From: Eledone cirrhosa
Taxonomy: Eukaryota
Length of the DNA stretch: 64,000 nt
NCBI GenBank assembly: GCA_964016885.1
Contig: OZ024740.1
Location: 427,428,001-427,492,000, forward strand
Direction: 5' to 3'
Shown: positions 24,994-39,643 of the stretch, in pieces
Position numbering within the stretch: position 1 is the stretch's first letter
Layout: each line of letters begins with the position of its first letter
Notes under the pieces: model-generated
Databases searched by the model: none
The model's input: only the letters and a program-made list of their open reading frames with translations
What the model was told of the DNA's origin: nothing
Program-made: the position numbers and the translations under genes

Positions 24994-26211
24994 GACAGGC
25001 ACAACCCTATATGTACAGATATATATAGATCACTCTCTCTCTCTCGCACGTGCTCCAAAGAGAGATTTGGCGTATAAACGGAGAGAAAAATACAGAAAAT
25101 AATAAATATAAGAGAAAGTTCTCTAAGATGAGAAAGTCATGAAACAGTTGACTTTTCTATTTTTATAGATTTCCTCTGAGCACTTATACCCTTTAACAAG
25201 AGGTAGAACATTTATCGTTCGTCTCACTTGCCATGTGTCTTCTATGTAATCCGGAATCTCGATTTCGTACGACACGCAACATATGATAATTTGATAGGAG
25301 CTATATGTGAACATGATCTACGGGTTTCTTCAATGATATAGATGTGTGTGCGTGTGTGTGTTTGTGTGTACACTTGTGCTTTCTTGTGTGGATGTGTATG
25401 TACTTGTGATTGAAGCGTATTAAGCACTCTCTTGGGAATGAAAAAGACAGGCTGGTTTAAAGCTACAACTACACCCACCAATGATACATTCATATGTGAT
25501 GTCCGCAGTGATGTCATCACTGATTATGAGGTACTAAGTTTTAAAGACCCTCAAATAAAGGAGAAGATTGACGTCATTAGATTGTATGCACAACCAGAAG
25601 GGGACATGGCCACTCACTGGTGCAAGCCCCACAAGGTGGAATGGCTGCTTCACCGTGTCTCCATTGCCGTCCTCCGGGTCAATGTATTTCTTCAGAACAT
25701 ATCAGTCGGGTCCAAGAGGCGGGGGTAAGTTAGTTGGACGTGGAGTATACTAGTTCGGCCGTCACTCTTTCTCGTCTATGTTTGGTAGAGAGATTATATA
25801 CATAACTTGACAAGAAAAGGTACCAAAAGCTTGTTTTGGGTATTTGCTGAAAGTAGTTTTATATAAACACGAATGATTATGTGTGTGATTTCTTTTTGTC
25901 TCAGGTTCAGTATGCCTGTTGTTGTTGTTGTTGTTGTTGTTGAGCCATACGTCAGCTGTGATTTAAAACACAAATAACAAATGGCGGTCAAGTCATGACC
26001 ATTCTATACTATTTTTAGGTCCAATTTATCCAGTATTACATTATAGCGGACACGCATGTCGCGTTCCCTTTTAGCAAGAATGCAGTATATTTTTAGAAGA
26101 AAATGTTTGATATTTCTATGCTGGTCAAACGACAGCATAGAAATGATATATCTTTGTGGGTGTTTGGATTAGCTTTTGTTGTTGCTGTTGTTGTTGTTGT
26201 TGTTGTTGTCA

Positions 26212-26243
<32 letters not shown>

Positions 26244-27072
26244 ACTGATCCTGTGCTGTTGTCTGTGCGTGTATGCTTTCTTAAGTAGTACAGTTTCTCA
26301 ATAAGATATTGGTAGTTATTTACACTGTCGATTATGTTTTTATGTTGTCAGAAATTTTCATATCTAAACATTGTACATTAATGTTCTTCAAATTTGCTAG
26401 GTTACACTTGAGCCTCACCTATTACATTGAGCAACATCTCTATGTTCATGTTGAGCTACCATACATTTCTGTTAAAGCCATGTTTACATACTTTCAGGAA
26501 TCTAGTTGTCCAAAGAAGAAATAAAATATAGAAATATTTGAGTAAATAAATAAATATAAGAACCGAATGACATAAAATAAATGTCGAACATTATTATGGA
26601 AAGAGCAATTACACTTTCTAACTCTTAATCCTTGTCGATTCGTGTATCATACCTCACCAAAAGTTTAGACTAAGTTATAAAAGCTGGCTTCATTATTTTC
26701 AAAATTATGAAAACGGTTATCACTCATAACATGCTCCCACTCGTTGTTGTCGATGTTGTGGTCATTATCATCAACATCATCATCAACACTTCCATCGTTG
26801 CCACTATCACCTCCACCATTAATATAAACATTGCCAAAGTAACCCATCTTATTAGCAGTATTAAAACATTTACAAAGAATTCAGATCAAGAACAACCACC
26901 AACAGCACCAACAACAACATCACCAACAACAACAGCAACATCAGCATGAAGATATGCAACACTAACGATTGACCTACAGAAAAAGTAGGCAAGTCTTCCC
27001 TCAAATCTCATGTGATATTTATTGCTGGAACGCCAATCGAGGCTACCACAAATGACACCAGAACACCACGTG

Positions 27073-27292
27073 TTGGCGAATGGATTGCCAGTATCGGTAG
27101 AGGGTCGACACCATGCTTTGCAGCATATAGTTACGGCCCTTTATGATCTGAGTTCAAATCCCGCCGAGGTTAACTTTGCCATTCATCCTTAAGGGATCGA
27201 TAAAATAAAGTACCAGTCACGCACTATGGTCGATTTAATCGACTTTCCCCTCCCCCGAACTTACTGGCCTTGTGCCTATATAAGAAACCAAT
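27073..27292 (+). mobile_element. tRNA-derived SINE, family A
   Basis: TGGATTG.CAGTATCGGTAGAGGGTCG head, B-box GAGTTCAAATCC, conserved core and GGCCTTGTGCC tail. A partial copy follows at 27428-27525. Confidence 0.85.
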
Positions 27293-27616
27293 ATTTGATA
27301 GTATGTCTCTAGTTTATCCCGTTCAACTATAAATGCAATGACTCCAACTCAACCGCAACATAAAGACATCAGAATTGAGATTTTCGGTATGGCATAAACG
27401 TTAACATTAAAGGGAAGAGGTGGGGAGACTGCCTTTCATCCTCGAAAAATAAAGTACCAGTAATGCACAGCGGTTGAATTAATCGACTTACTCTCTCCCA
27501 CCAAAATTGTTAGTTTTGTGTCTAATTTATTGTTGTTAACCTGATTGTTCAGTCATTTTATTGAGTTCTCTCTTAATCGTTTAGCACAAAAAATATTTAT
27601 TCGTATGACCATTATT

Positions 27617-27714
<98 letters not shown>

Positions 27715-28355
27715 GAATCATAGAAAAAGAAGCCGTATATATGTTGTGTGTTTATGTATTTGAATATATGTATCTCTCTCTCTCACTCTGTTTGTGTGTC
27801 TGTATGTCTGTTTGTGTGTCTATGCGTGTGTATGTGTGTGTCTGTGTATGTCTATGTTTATAAGTAGCTATGTTAAATTTACGATTTAATTCTATGTTCT
27901 ATTTCATACATTTTTTGAAAATTATATGTCTCACATTTCCGAATGAATTTATATGTAATTAGACTAGAGTGTTTTCATTAATATATATTTAATAGAAGAA
28001 AAGTTTGTAAAGTTTATTCATCAATTTAATGTTTAACTGGTTTATAATATCTAGTTACATCGTTGAAGAGATATGACAGTCATTTAAATCACACATATGC
28101 ACTGTTATATTCTCAGCTTTTGTTCTAGTTTCTGATGGTATTGCAAACAATTTTCGTCGTACATCAACATGCTGGAGATAGTATTATAGATAAATTTCCT
28201 CGACATCTATCTGATCGTGGTATTATAAACAAATCTCATCGTACATCAACTATCTGGCCCTGGTGTTATAGACAAAGTAAATATTCTGAAAACCCAGCTA
28301 CGAATATTGTAAGGATTACGACCAGTGCCGCCTAGCGGATTCCAGTAGAAACAGC

Positions 28356-28413
28356 GGGGAAGTACTCTCTATGCATTTTGAGCTATTGGCATTCATCAGG
28401 ACAGTACTTCCCC
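28356..28413 (-). ncRNA. Decayed hammerhead motif with long stem I
   Basis: GGGGAAGUACUGUC CUGAUGA ... aAAA UGCA UA GAGAGUACUUCCCC. The departures from GAAACGCGUA are CpG-type transitions. Confidence 0.55.
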
Positions 28414-29257
28414 TTGATCCCTGATGAAACTTGAAACAGGCGTAAATACAGTTTTTTCGCCTATGTAGGTGGGCTGATTAACCTCGTTTGCATATGAAGC
28501 TGTATACATTAGCTGAACCCCCCACCCCCACACATACACATATATATATATATATATATATACCAAATATAAAAATATATATAAGAATTGATAACGTTAG
28601 CTTGGGTTTCATGCTTTGACTTGGATTGTATGATCACATTCGGTAAAGAGCCAGCCTCTCCCCGGGTGTCTATTTTAAAATGACTGAAGGACATTTAGAG
28701 ATTTAAGAACCAGAATTAATCAGTAAAGTTATATTTTTTTATGACATTCCAAGGAAGACAATTCATAAAAGTTATAGATTCGTCTAGTGTAAAAGCAAAG
28801 AATGAGAATGGATGTAATTTGATGAGCGTTAGTGACATGTGTGTGTGTGTGAATCCAACTGTTCATGAGTATGTAAGGTCATTTATATAAATAAATTGAC
28901 GTAGCTCCGGGACTACCACCCATTTCAAGCCGAAAACTCCTCTGAACTATCAGTCCAAGGGAATTTGGGGCCATCTGTTAAGGTCATCCATTGGTTGGAT
29001 CTGGTCAGGCGGTGTATTTGATAAATAATCGATAGCACGCTGGAGTTTGTGTTTCAGCGGCACCATAAATTTAAGAAAAATCCAGTGACATTTTGTCAAT
29101 GATATTCCTGATGTGTCTGATCTTTATTCTATTCTGTTTGTGTATATATTCAGTTTGTGTGGTTTTGGTATCTCCGTGGTGTATGCGGTGGATCAAAAGG
29201 TTGCCTCACACCTATACGATATTCGGGTGGAAATAAGGTGTTTTATGAGTATATGCG

Positions 29258-29550
29258 GACTATGTCACTTACTTCTTTTTTCAGCAAAGGAAGGGAGATA
29301 AGCTGACAGATCTACTGGATTTCTATAAGAATCCAGCCTCTATAATTTTAGGCAGAGGTCGGCGAGTACTAGGCTCTGATGAACACCACAGTGTCAAACA
29401 GATCTGTCAGCCTATCTCCTTTCCTTTGCTGAAAAAAGAAGTAAGTGACATAGTCACTACTTTAAAATAATAGCGCAAGGTATTCAAAATGTTTTTAATT
29501 AAACATACAGTATATCACCAAATATACTATACATACATTCATATATATAT
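29258..29550. mobile_element. Inverted-repeat HHR element related to the 310-bp array
   Basis: 56-bp arms at 29258-29313 and 29400-29455. The HHR at 29370-29414 reads TAGGCT CTGATGA ACAC-CACA-GTGT cAAA CAGATCTG TC AGCCTA. The 3' end resembles the 310-bp unit. Confidence 0.75.
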
Positions 29551-30704
29551 ATATATATACACACACAGACACACAGCAGTATGGCAAGCATTTTTGTATG
29601 GGTATTTGTCGGTCTGTCTGTCATCCGTCTGGTTTTATATTTTATATTCCTAAAATTGGCAGTTCGCTAAAATTGAGATCGCTAAAATATATACCAGATA
29701 TGTAAAATAAGTAGAGAAAGCAATATGATTTACTAAATCTTTTCAACACCACGCCTCAACATGGCCGCAGTCTAACGGCTGAAACCATTAAAAAATAGGA
29801 GAATATATAATTATAAAATAAGTTTTTTATCTGAATAACTAGAAAGAAGATTGTCTGGATAAAGACGTCAATATGTGTATTGAGTCTAATAGTAGTGACT
29901 TCCCTGGTCGTCAGTTGTTAAGCTTGTTAACTAATACATTACCAGTTGAACCTTGCCAGTCAATAACATCACACACGTGTAGTGAGTGTTTATATGGTCT
30001 AACAACTGTTGTATATTATAATTGTAGCCGTTAATGGGCCGCTTAACGAGGATTAGACGAATAGAGATCGATAAAATATGTGCCAGTCTGATTATAAGTA
30101 CAGGGGTCGATATGATCGATTTAAACTCTTGAAAGTTGTGCCCACAGCATATTTGTAGCTCAATAATAGAAACCAGTAAACACCAAGTGTAAATCTATTC
30201 GAAGCTCCTTAAACAATAAAAATATAAACTAAAATAACTTAGCCACTAAATTAATGAGTGAAATTAAATACATAACTATTTGCCAACGATTCTTCTGTAG
30301 TTGATGACTATGGAATTTTCATACTAATTAGCACTCGAGATTGTGGATTTAAAGTAAAGAAAATGCATAATAAACATAATAAGTAGAAATAATAGGGAGA
30401 GAAGAAATAAAAAAAATATATTATATATTGAAGATTGTCTTATGAGATTGGCGCCAAATTATTTTGGTCGAGTCGATTCTGAGTAGGAAGGCGCCGATTT
30501 CTGTACATTCGGCGACCACAGCAATAGAAGTTAGAATGATGTGGTGGAGGGGATGTAAGAAGGGCACAGCAAACAAAGTGTGGTGGTGATAGGTGGTGTA
30601 GAGAATTATTAGAAGTTTGATGTTTGGTGCCAGAAGCAAAGTTCTGTAATAGCTACTTTTCTTCTAACATAATTGTTGGCTATTTTCTACGTACCAGCCG
30701 TCTA

Positions 30705-30737
<33 letters not shown>

Positions 30738-30775
30738 TACACACACATACACACACATACACATACACACACACG

Positions 30776-30856
<81 letters not shown>

Positions 30857-30973
30857 ACACACACAATATTATATATTTAAATGTGCAAACGTACATGCAT
30901 ATATGTATACATACATACGTAGACATACAGGCACCCAGCTATATATATATATATGTGTGTGTGTGTGTATGTA

Positions 30974-31025
<52 letters not shown>

Positions 31026-31797
31026 TAGATAGATATGGATATTTATATATATATGTGTATATATATATAAATATGCACCCGTATATAACAATAAATCTTT
31101 GTGATTTATGTTTCTTTGTGCACATACAGACGTATATGAATGTATGTATATATGTGTGTATGTATGTGTGTGTGTGTGTGTATCTGTATATGCATGTATA
31201 TAATTGTCATACGCAAGTACGATCGTTATTTTATACAAACCTAACTGTCACCCTGGTGAGGATATGTATATGCGAGTATATATATATATATATATATATG
31301 TATAAAATATATACATATATATGAAATATATATATATATAAACTTAGAGAAAGAGAGAGATGTGTGTGTGTGTGTATGTGTGTGTGTCTGTGTTTCTGTG
31401 TGTGTGTGTGTGAGTATGTGTGTGTGTGTGCTTAACAAAAATATATAAAATAGTAACAATATCATTGAAAACAAATTGGAAGCGTCGTTATCTCCCCCTA
31501 CCACCAGAACCAGAAGCATCCCACCACCTTCACCATCATCATAACCACAAGTGAACCCTCCAAATATGGCTTAATTAGACAGAAAAATGGTGTTACTTTC
31601 AACAAACCAATCAGTTCGACTGTAGACATACAGAATCTGCTCATGGGGTTTCGTGGCGCCAGAACGAGAGCAAACCATCGTCTAAGAAGTAACGGAGACA
31701 CACCAACTCTTATGTTGGACTCCAATATTTTATAACGGAGATAGTTCTCACATACACATATGTACATAGATATACACACACACACACATGTATGTGC

Positions 31798-31848
<51 letters not shown>

Positions 31849-31919
31849 TATATATACATATATATATATATATTATATATTTTATGTATATACACATACA
31901 TATATATATGTATTTATAA

Positions 31920-31950
<31 letters not shown>

Positions 31951-32867
31951 CATACACAGACATATATACATGTATGTGTGTGTGTGTATGTGTAACTACA
32001 ACTACAGCCGTCACTCACAATTGTGTTTGACTTAGTAGTATGCATCATACTTTGGCTAAGGAATTTATGAGCTTTTGCATCAACGAAATGTCACAGACAC
32101 ACTCTCAACGGTCTCTTTTTTTACCCTACTCTAGTATCCAGGTTGTCATAATGGAAGAAGAGGAGGCTCTGCTAGAAGTGTGACAGTACTGTCAGTATAT
32201 AACCCGAAACTATTAAATGCAAAGTGGATCTTCGCGGGAAGGAGAATAGTTGATTTGTCAATAAACACGATGAAACTGTTAGTTCCTAGTCTGTTTAGTT
32301 AATATCACGAATTGACATTTTAAAATTACTTCGATCTTTATATCTAATACGTATCGTTCCCACAAAGTGTCATTACGCTAATTTAGGGTTCATGTTCTGA
32401 CAACATAACATAAAAGCATTCGATATTTGTTATTCATACAGCAGTATACAAAATTTCTTGAAAATGTTTGTCAAAATCTCTCAAGAAAAGAGTGAAGGAA
32501 CGGAAAATGTATACTTTGCAAAAGGGGAGGTAACCCCGTGTATTTAAATTATTTGCTCAATTCGAAAAATGTGTAAATACTTATATTTCAGATTTACATA
32601 GTGGGTGGAAAATGAGGAAGTGAGAAAATAAATTAGAGGAGTTTATGTGTGTGGTGTGTTCATCGAGATAGAATATCTGTGTCAAACTGTTCTTAATTAT
32701 GGAAAGGTAATTATGAAGCGTGAATTGTTGACAGCAAAGTGGGGTGCAGCATTTTATTGGTTTGTAAGTAACTGTGAGCATGTAGGTTTTGCAAGGTTGA
32801 GCTATTCATTAGAAGATATTAAGGCCTGAAGTAATATGTTTGTATCGCTCGTATAAACGCCATAGAC

Positions 32868-32959
<92 letters not shown>

Positions 32960-33030
32960 CTGTGGAGTTTATACCAGCGATAAAAAAACACATTACTTCC
33001 TTAACATCTAATATATATATATATTATATA

Positions 33031-33926
33031 CTAGCATTAAAGCTCGGCGTTGCTCGGGGTCATTAAGTTACCAAAGTTAGGTTGCATCACCCATTTTATG
33101 GCAGCACTTTTTTGTCTGCCAGGCACTGGGTGAATGAATTACAGACCTGGAAGCATGAGCTGCGCCAGCAGTGACAATTGAAGTTTCGCCTATGGATATT
33201 ATCTCTGTGCAAAAAAGTGTTGAAATTTATTGTTTCACAGTACTTGCGCAACACACGCGTAGTCGATGCCAGCCGAACAACAGAGCTGCGATGGAGTTGT
33301 TCTGCATGGTTGTCTGTGTGTTTTCTAAATTTAAGACAGTAGGGAGGGTTGTGATATGAGGGAGAGTTAGCTGTTGTTTCTAGCAGATTTAGTGACCTCG
33401 TAGAGGATATGTGTTTTCTAAATTTAAGATAGTAGGGAGTGGTGTGATATGGGGGAGAGTTAGCTGCTGTTTCTAGCAGGTTTAGTGACCTCATAGAAGA
33501 TATGTTTTCTAAATTTAAGACAGTAGGGAGGGGTTTGATATGGGGGAGAGTTAGCTGCTGTTTCTAGCAGGTTTAGTAACCTCATAGAGGATATGTGTTT
33601 TCTAAATTTAAGACAGTAGGGCGTGGTGTGAACGGACAGTATCACCATCAAGCTTGGAAAGAGAAAGTAGCAGAAAGTATGAAGTTGTATAGATTTTGAA
33701 TGGTAGTAGTAAGTGTTCAGCAGTTTAAATGAGAGAGAAAAATCGAAAAATATTGAGTTTTATCTATATTTTGCGTAATTGTGGGTGAAATTGAAAAAAT
33801 TATCTGCGACAAGACGCAATCGAAGCTATTTCTAATACTGAATGTAAATTTCAATTGAAGAAATTCTATATCGTAGATTTCTATAACGAAGGAGCATGAC
33901 CACACACTGAGCTTTATAAATTATGA
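33031..33926 (-). mobile_element. Non-autonomous Helitron
   Basis: Minus strand begins A|TCATAATTTATAAAG and ends with the subterminal CCGAGCAACGCCGAG motif and CTAG|T. No TSD. Contains an internal ~92-bp tandem. Confidence 0.7.
33318..33630. repeat. ~92-bp tandem repeat, ~3.4 copies, inside the Helitron
   Basis: TGTTTTCTAAATTTAAGA recurs at about 33319, 33412, 33503 and 33596. Confidence 0.9.
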
Positions 33927-34224
33927 TACTGTAGTAAAGGTTTGGTAGAAACTCCCAATTGTGAAAGCATTCAATCAATAGGACGAGTTTAGTATAAATA
34001 ATTACAACAGTGACATAAACAGGTAAACATAAAAATAAAAATAAAAATAAAAATAAAAATAAAAATAAAAATAAAAATAAAAATAAAAATAAAAATAAAA
34101 ATGAAAATAAAAATAAAATTGTTCTTTTTCTTATGACAGGCTGAATGAGTTCTTTGACATTGTCTCACACAGGGTTACATTCTCTCTCGCTGTTGTTCCT
34201 GTTAGAAGCCGATTTCGAATCCCA

Positions 34225-35046
34225 TGGAGAGGCCAATCGAGGCTGAGGAACCTGGCATTCGCCAACGACATTGCTTAGATCGCTGAAGACAGTGCAGATC
34301 TGCAAGTCCTAACAACTTTCCTGCAAGAGAGTGCGGAAAAGATCGGCCTGAGAATCAATACCAAAAAAAAACGAAGGTGATGAGAACAACCAACAACACT
34401 GATCCAGCGGTCAGAGTCAACCAACAAGACCTAGAAGAAGTGGATCACTTCACCTATGTGGGCAGCATCCTGGCAAGCAATGGCGACGCAGAGCTCGACA
34501 TAAACTGCCGGATCGGCAAAGCAGCCGCAGTTTTCCAGCGGTTGCGCCCAGTCTGGTCGTCTTCATGAATCAGCATCAGGACCAAGCTGCGCCTGTACAA
34601 GAGCATCGTGCTGCCGACAGAGATTTACGCGAGCGAAACCTGGGAGAGCGCGGCCAAGATAGAGGGGCGGCTGAACACTTTCCACTAGCAGTGCCCCCGA
34701 ATGATCCTTCGTGTGTCCCGGTGCTTGTGGGTGCAAAACGAGGAAATCCTGTGTAGAGCCGAGACGTGGGGTCTACACAGGATTGTCGGGGAGGCCGGTG
34801 CCGCCTGGCTGGCCATATTTTGCGCCTGTCCGACGAACGACACTCGAAAACAGCGATGAACTGAACTCCATCTGTCGGAAAACGGAGGCGGGGTTGCTCC
34901 AGGATCACCTGGCGACGAACGTTCTGAAAAGACCTGATGGCAGCCAACAACACTTGGCACGGACGCGAAGAAAAAGCCGCTGCTGATCGTGACCGTTGGC
35001 GAGTACTTACTGTTCGATGTGCCGAGCGGCGCGGAAGGACCAAAGA

Positions 35047-35050
<4 letters not shown>
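34225..35050 (+). mobile_element. RTE-clade LINE, 5'-truncated and decayed
   Basis: LAFANDIA, GLRINTKKTKVM, LEEVDHFTYVGS, INCRIGKAAAVF, TKLRLYKSIVLP..YASETW, GHILRL and DRDRWR. Confidence 0.9.
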
Positions 35051-35130
<80 letters not shown>

Positions 35131-35894
35131 TATATGTACTATGTTAATTACTCTGAGGTGACACAACCTTATCGAGTACGTTGTTGCACATTCCTAATTG
35201 TATCTCGTTACCTTGGCCACAACCAAAACTTCGATTTTACTAAACTTCCATTTCTATATACTATATATATGTATGTATGTATGTATATACATGTGTGAGT
35301 ATGTTTGTAAGCCTGTGTGTGTGATATTATATCATGAGTTCCAATCTCGTCTAGAGTCGCTTTGCTTGACTGTTTGAGTAGTCACTGCATCTCTGTGACG
35401 TAATCAACTTTAACAGGCACGCCTGCTAAACGTGTACCATCATACAATTCAATTGAATTATATCAAGATAGTATTTTATAAGCTAATCATATTTTATCAT
35501 TTCATTCTAAGTTGACGAGCTGTGTTAACACGAATTTATTGATAGCAGTACAAAAATATATGATGTCTATATAATTGCTTAGGGATGTATTGATTCTTGG
35601 AAATTGATACTTTTAAATTGTCTTCATATTTTTGTTTGGGTAGTCAATGGTTTAAGCATAGGGGCCTAGTGGTTTTTAGGACTAGTATATTGGGGCAGCA
35701 CCTTAGGGCATTTATAATTGGTCGTTGAAAAGAGAGGCTTATCCTCAACTGGTCTAGCTTCTTTCATCAAAGTAAATTCTATTAAATACAGGCCTTTGCC
35801 TGGAGTGTGTGTTCATCAGGGTACAATGGAGATGGTGTTAATCAGGGTACAATTTGGTATGCTAGAGTGGGGTAAATATAATTCGTTGTATTAT

Positions 35895-36084
35895 TGGTGG
35901 ATTGCCAGTATCGGTAGAGAGTCGGACACCATGTTTTGGAGCATAGAGTTACGTCCCTTTATGATCTGAGTTCAAATCCCGCCGAGGTTAACTTTGCCTT
36001 TCATCCTTACGGGGTCGATAAAATAAAGTACCAGTAATACACTGGATAATTGCTGGCCTTGTGCCAAAAGTAGAAACAATTATT
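35895..36084 (+). mobile_element. tRNA-derived SINE, family A
   Basis: Same head, core and tail as 37255. Confidence 0.85.
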
Positions 36085-37254
36085 AAAGAGCCTCCCTCTA
36101 CCAAATATCACAACCCGTGGCTATTGTAAAGGACATTTGATCCAAATGGTGTAGAGTAGTATAATTTAAATCTTAGCAAGACTGTTTGGTATCAATATTA
36201 ATAAAATTGTCGCTAATATACGTGATGTAGAAACCTCCCAAATTTATGTAAATTTAATTCATCCCCCAAGCGCTTAAATCAATTAATTATTTAAATAACT
36301 AAATCTGGAGAAACAAAATTGGTAGTTTAATCAATATTAAAATGTTAATTAACTAAAATGGATTAGATATATGGAATGAAATGTCGAGGGAGTGTGATCA
36401 TTAGAAGTATGTAAACACTCGGGAGATGGTTCGATCTTATAAGATTTCATCAGCGAAGCATAATGTGACTCCAATTTTAGAATGACTTGTGGTTTAATAT
36501 TTACAGATTTTCTATTTTCATTCACCCGACGTCCTTGCTTATTTACCCCAATCTTTCTTGTTTAAACAAGAAAAAATAAAACTGTATTTCTCTTAGTCAA
36601 TCTAATAGTGTTCGATTTAACTGATGAGGTCAAATACGTACGAAACACGTCCAGAATTATCGTTTTAATTCCTAATTCAGGTCTTTAATTAATTCTAATT
36701 CGGAGTTTGCTTACATTCCGTATATTTTTAACCAGAATTATTAATTTAGATAATGATTTGCTCATTTGAATAACACTGATATTTATGTTAATTAAAATAT
36801 TTTCGCTTACTACAAATTTGTTAACACTCCTTTTATGTTAGCATGCTGAAGGCGTCCCTAGGTATTTTTTCCAGTTATTCTTTATCAATATTTTGACTTG
36901 GCGTTTAAATATCTTTTATTGAATTTATGCAGCGTTAAATAATTACCCTGAACTACAACTCTCATTTGATAATTCAATAACTAGTGTTTCAGTCAAGTGA
37001 AATAAAATACTAAATACGTTTGTAATTTCATTAGAATATTCACCCTGTCAAATTATGAGCAGCAAGAGGAATTTAAAATTGAAAAACTAAATAAATATAA
37101 CAGAAAAACAGTTTCCCTCCCTAAACACTGCATTATATGTAGGACACACAATTATTCATTCTGCGGACTATCACAAAAATGGAGCATTTCTCCCTTCAAC
37201 CACACCGCCACCAATTACTATTTCTCATTTCTATTATTATTCTACACGCAATAG

Positions 37255-37482
37255 GGCGGTGGATTGGCAGTATCGGTAGAGGGTCGGACGCCATGCTTTG
37301 CCGCATAGAGTTACGCCCTCTTATGGTCTGAGTTCAAATCCCGCTGAGGTTAACTTTGCCTTTCATCCTTACGGGGTCGATAAAATAAAGTACCAGTCAC
37401 GCACTGGGGTCGATTTCATCGACTTTTCCCTCCCCCCCCCAAAATTGCTGGCCTTGTGCCTACATAAGAAACCATTATTATT
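37255..37482 (+). mobile_element. tRNA-derived SINE, family A (full length)
   Basis: GGCGGTGGATTGGCAGTATCGGTAGAGGGTCGG...GAGTTCAAATCCCG...GAAACCATTATTATT. Confidence 0.9.
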
Positions 37483-37529
37483 CTACACGCACACACGTAC
37501 AGACACGTACACACACACACACACACACA

Positions 37530-37564
<35 letters not shown>

Positions 37565-37616
37565 TTCTGTCAGTCTCTCTCTGTATGTATATATATAGGG
37601 GGTCCTGACTCTTTTC

Positions 37617-37698
<82 letters not shown>

Positions 37699-37762
37699 TG
37701 TTTCCGTGGAAAAGGTCAAGGAAAGAAGAGTGCTCTATGTATAGTACAGAGCTATTTGATTA

Positions 37763-37968
37763 TGTAATAAACAACACAATATAATTATTCCATTACCCAA
37801 GGTTTCACGAAGTCAGACGATTCAAACAGGCATCTGAATCCGTTCATCAGCTAGAAATATTTAGGTTTCTAAAACAAAGATTCCTACCTCATGAACGGAT
37901 TCAGACGCCCGTTAGAATCATCTGACTTCGTGAAACCTTGGGTATTGGAATAATTATATTGTGTTGTT

Positions 37969-37975
<7 letters not shown>
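37763..37975. repeat. ~85-bp inverted repeat with HHR-like motifs between (TG)n and (CA)n tracts
   Basis: 37763-37847 vs 37891-37975. The minus arm reads CUGAUGA-long hairpin-GAAA CCUUGGG UA, and the plus arm has CTCATGA. Confidence 0.8.
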
Positions 37976-38034
<59 letters not shown>

Positions 38035-38206
38035 ACATATATTTATATATATATGGCTGTGTGTGTTAAGGCGTTCCATTGGCAATCACGTTGATTCAGG
38101 TTCAGTTTTCAAGAGATTGCCCTATTAGATAAAAGTGAAATTTGATAGAAAGATATGTCTGGACACCCGTCGTATACACATGCACACGCGCACGCACACC
38201 CGCACG

Positions 38207-38248
<42 letters not shown>

Positions 38249-38289
38249 TAGATATAGATCTCTAGATATATATCTTTGATAGGTTACGG

Positions 38290-39400
38290 AGAGTACTGGC
38301 CCACGTCAAAATTAATAGCACCACACTTGTCGAAGTTTATCAAACCTCAGTCAGTCTTTGGACACCATGGCAACTCCGGTGGAGTATTTTCTTTTTTTTT
38401 TTTCTTTTTTTTTTTTTTGCTACCTATGGGTTTGAGGGCACTTTTCGGAATTTCCTCGGCGATTTTTTCAAAGGAACCTTTTGAATTGTATGGGATTTGC
38501 TATGTGTTTATTTAGTTTAGTATGATATTACAGAGCAGAGAAACAGTTGAGATGAAATATTGATATGGGATGTGGTGTCCATGTTTATTGCTGGATGGAT
38601 AACACGGGGAAAAAATCCACAGTGGATTTAAAGTTGATTCTTGGGCAACATTTCAACAAAGTTTTTGTAATACTTTCCACATCGTACAAATTACGAAGCG
38701 TCCATGGCTGCAGTGGAAAACTAGAGGTTGAGTTTCTAGTTGACACATCAGTTAAGTTCTGTCAAGTGTCTATAGGTTTTTTGAAATTGACACTAGGTTT
38801 GTGTGGTGAGACCTTATTTAAGGTGAGAAAGGGCAAATGTAGAGAAGAGAAGGATAATGGTATGAATATATTTGGATCGGGATGTTCTAGGAATCCAGAA
38901 ACACATTATGCGGGCCATATAAACTTTGTTGTTTATGTGAGTACTCCAATTTAATTCGTATCCGAAATTCACTAGGTATCTAGAGTTGTTGGATACCACG
39001 AGGATTTTGCCTGAGGGAAGAATATATGGTAACTGAGGCGTATCTTCTTTTCTAATGTGGATTAGCTCAACTTTATCCATGATTAGTAGCCCGTTGAAAA
39101 CCAGCAAACAGATCCGATTGAATGCATGTCCGGTTTCCCAATGTGATGATGCCCTTCTAGGGTTTGGAATCATTTGTGAAGATTTTTATTTTGCCGTGGA
39201 TAATAACTTCTATCTTTCCATTGATGGCAATAATAAAGAGAAGTGGGCCCAACACAGTTACTTGTGTGACACCACAAATGAAGTTTGTTGCGCTAGATCA
39301 TATTCCTTCAATCACAATATGGTAGCTTCTCTTCAGCAGGAAAGGCAAAATCCACTGCAGAGGTTTCGACAGACTCAAATATTAAATAGTTTCATCAACA
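38290..39400 (-). mobile_element. Highly decayed Penelope-like RT/thumb remnant
   Basis: Scattered PLE-like peptides (IPYNSKGSFEKIAEEIPK, SQLFLCS) broken by many stops. Confidence 0.4.
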
Positions 39401-39504
39401 GGATGCTATAATCAAGCATGTGAAAGGCATTGCGGAAAACAGAGTATATAACATCTCTCTCCCTCTCTCCGCCATTTCTCTCTCTCTCTCTCGCTCTGTA
39501 TATA

Positions 39505-39558
<54 letters not shown>

Positions 39559-39563
39559 GAGAG

Positions 39564-39643
<80 letters not shown>

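Noticed and set aside
31498-31740. Possible host exon in non-repetitive sequence
   Set aside because: No recognisable domain or convincing splice context.
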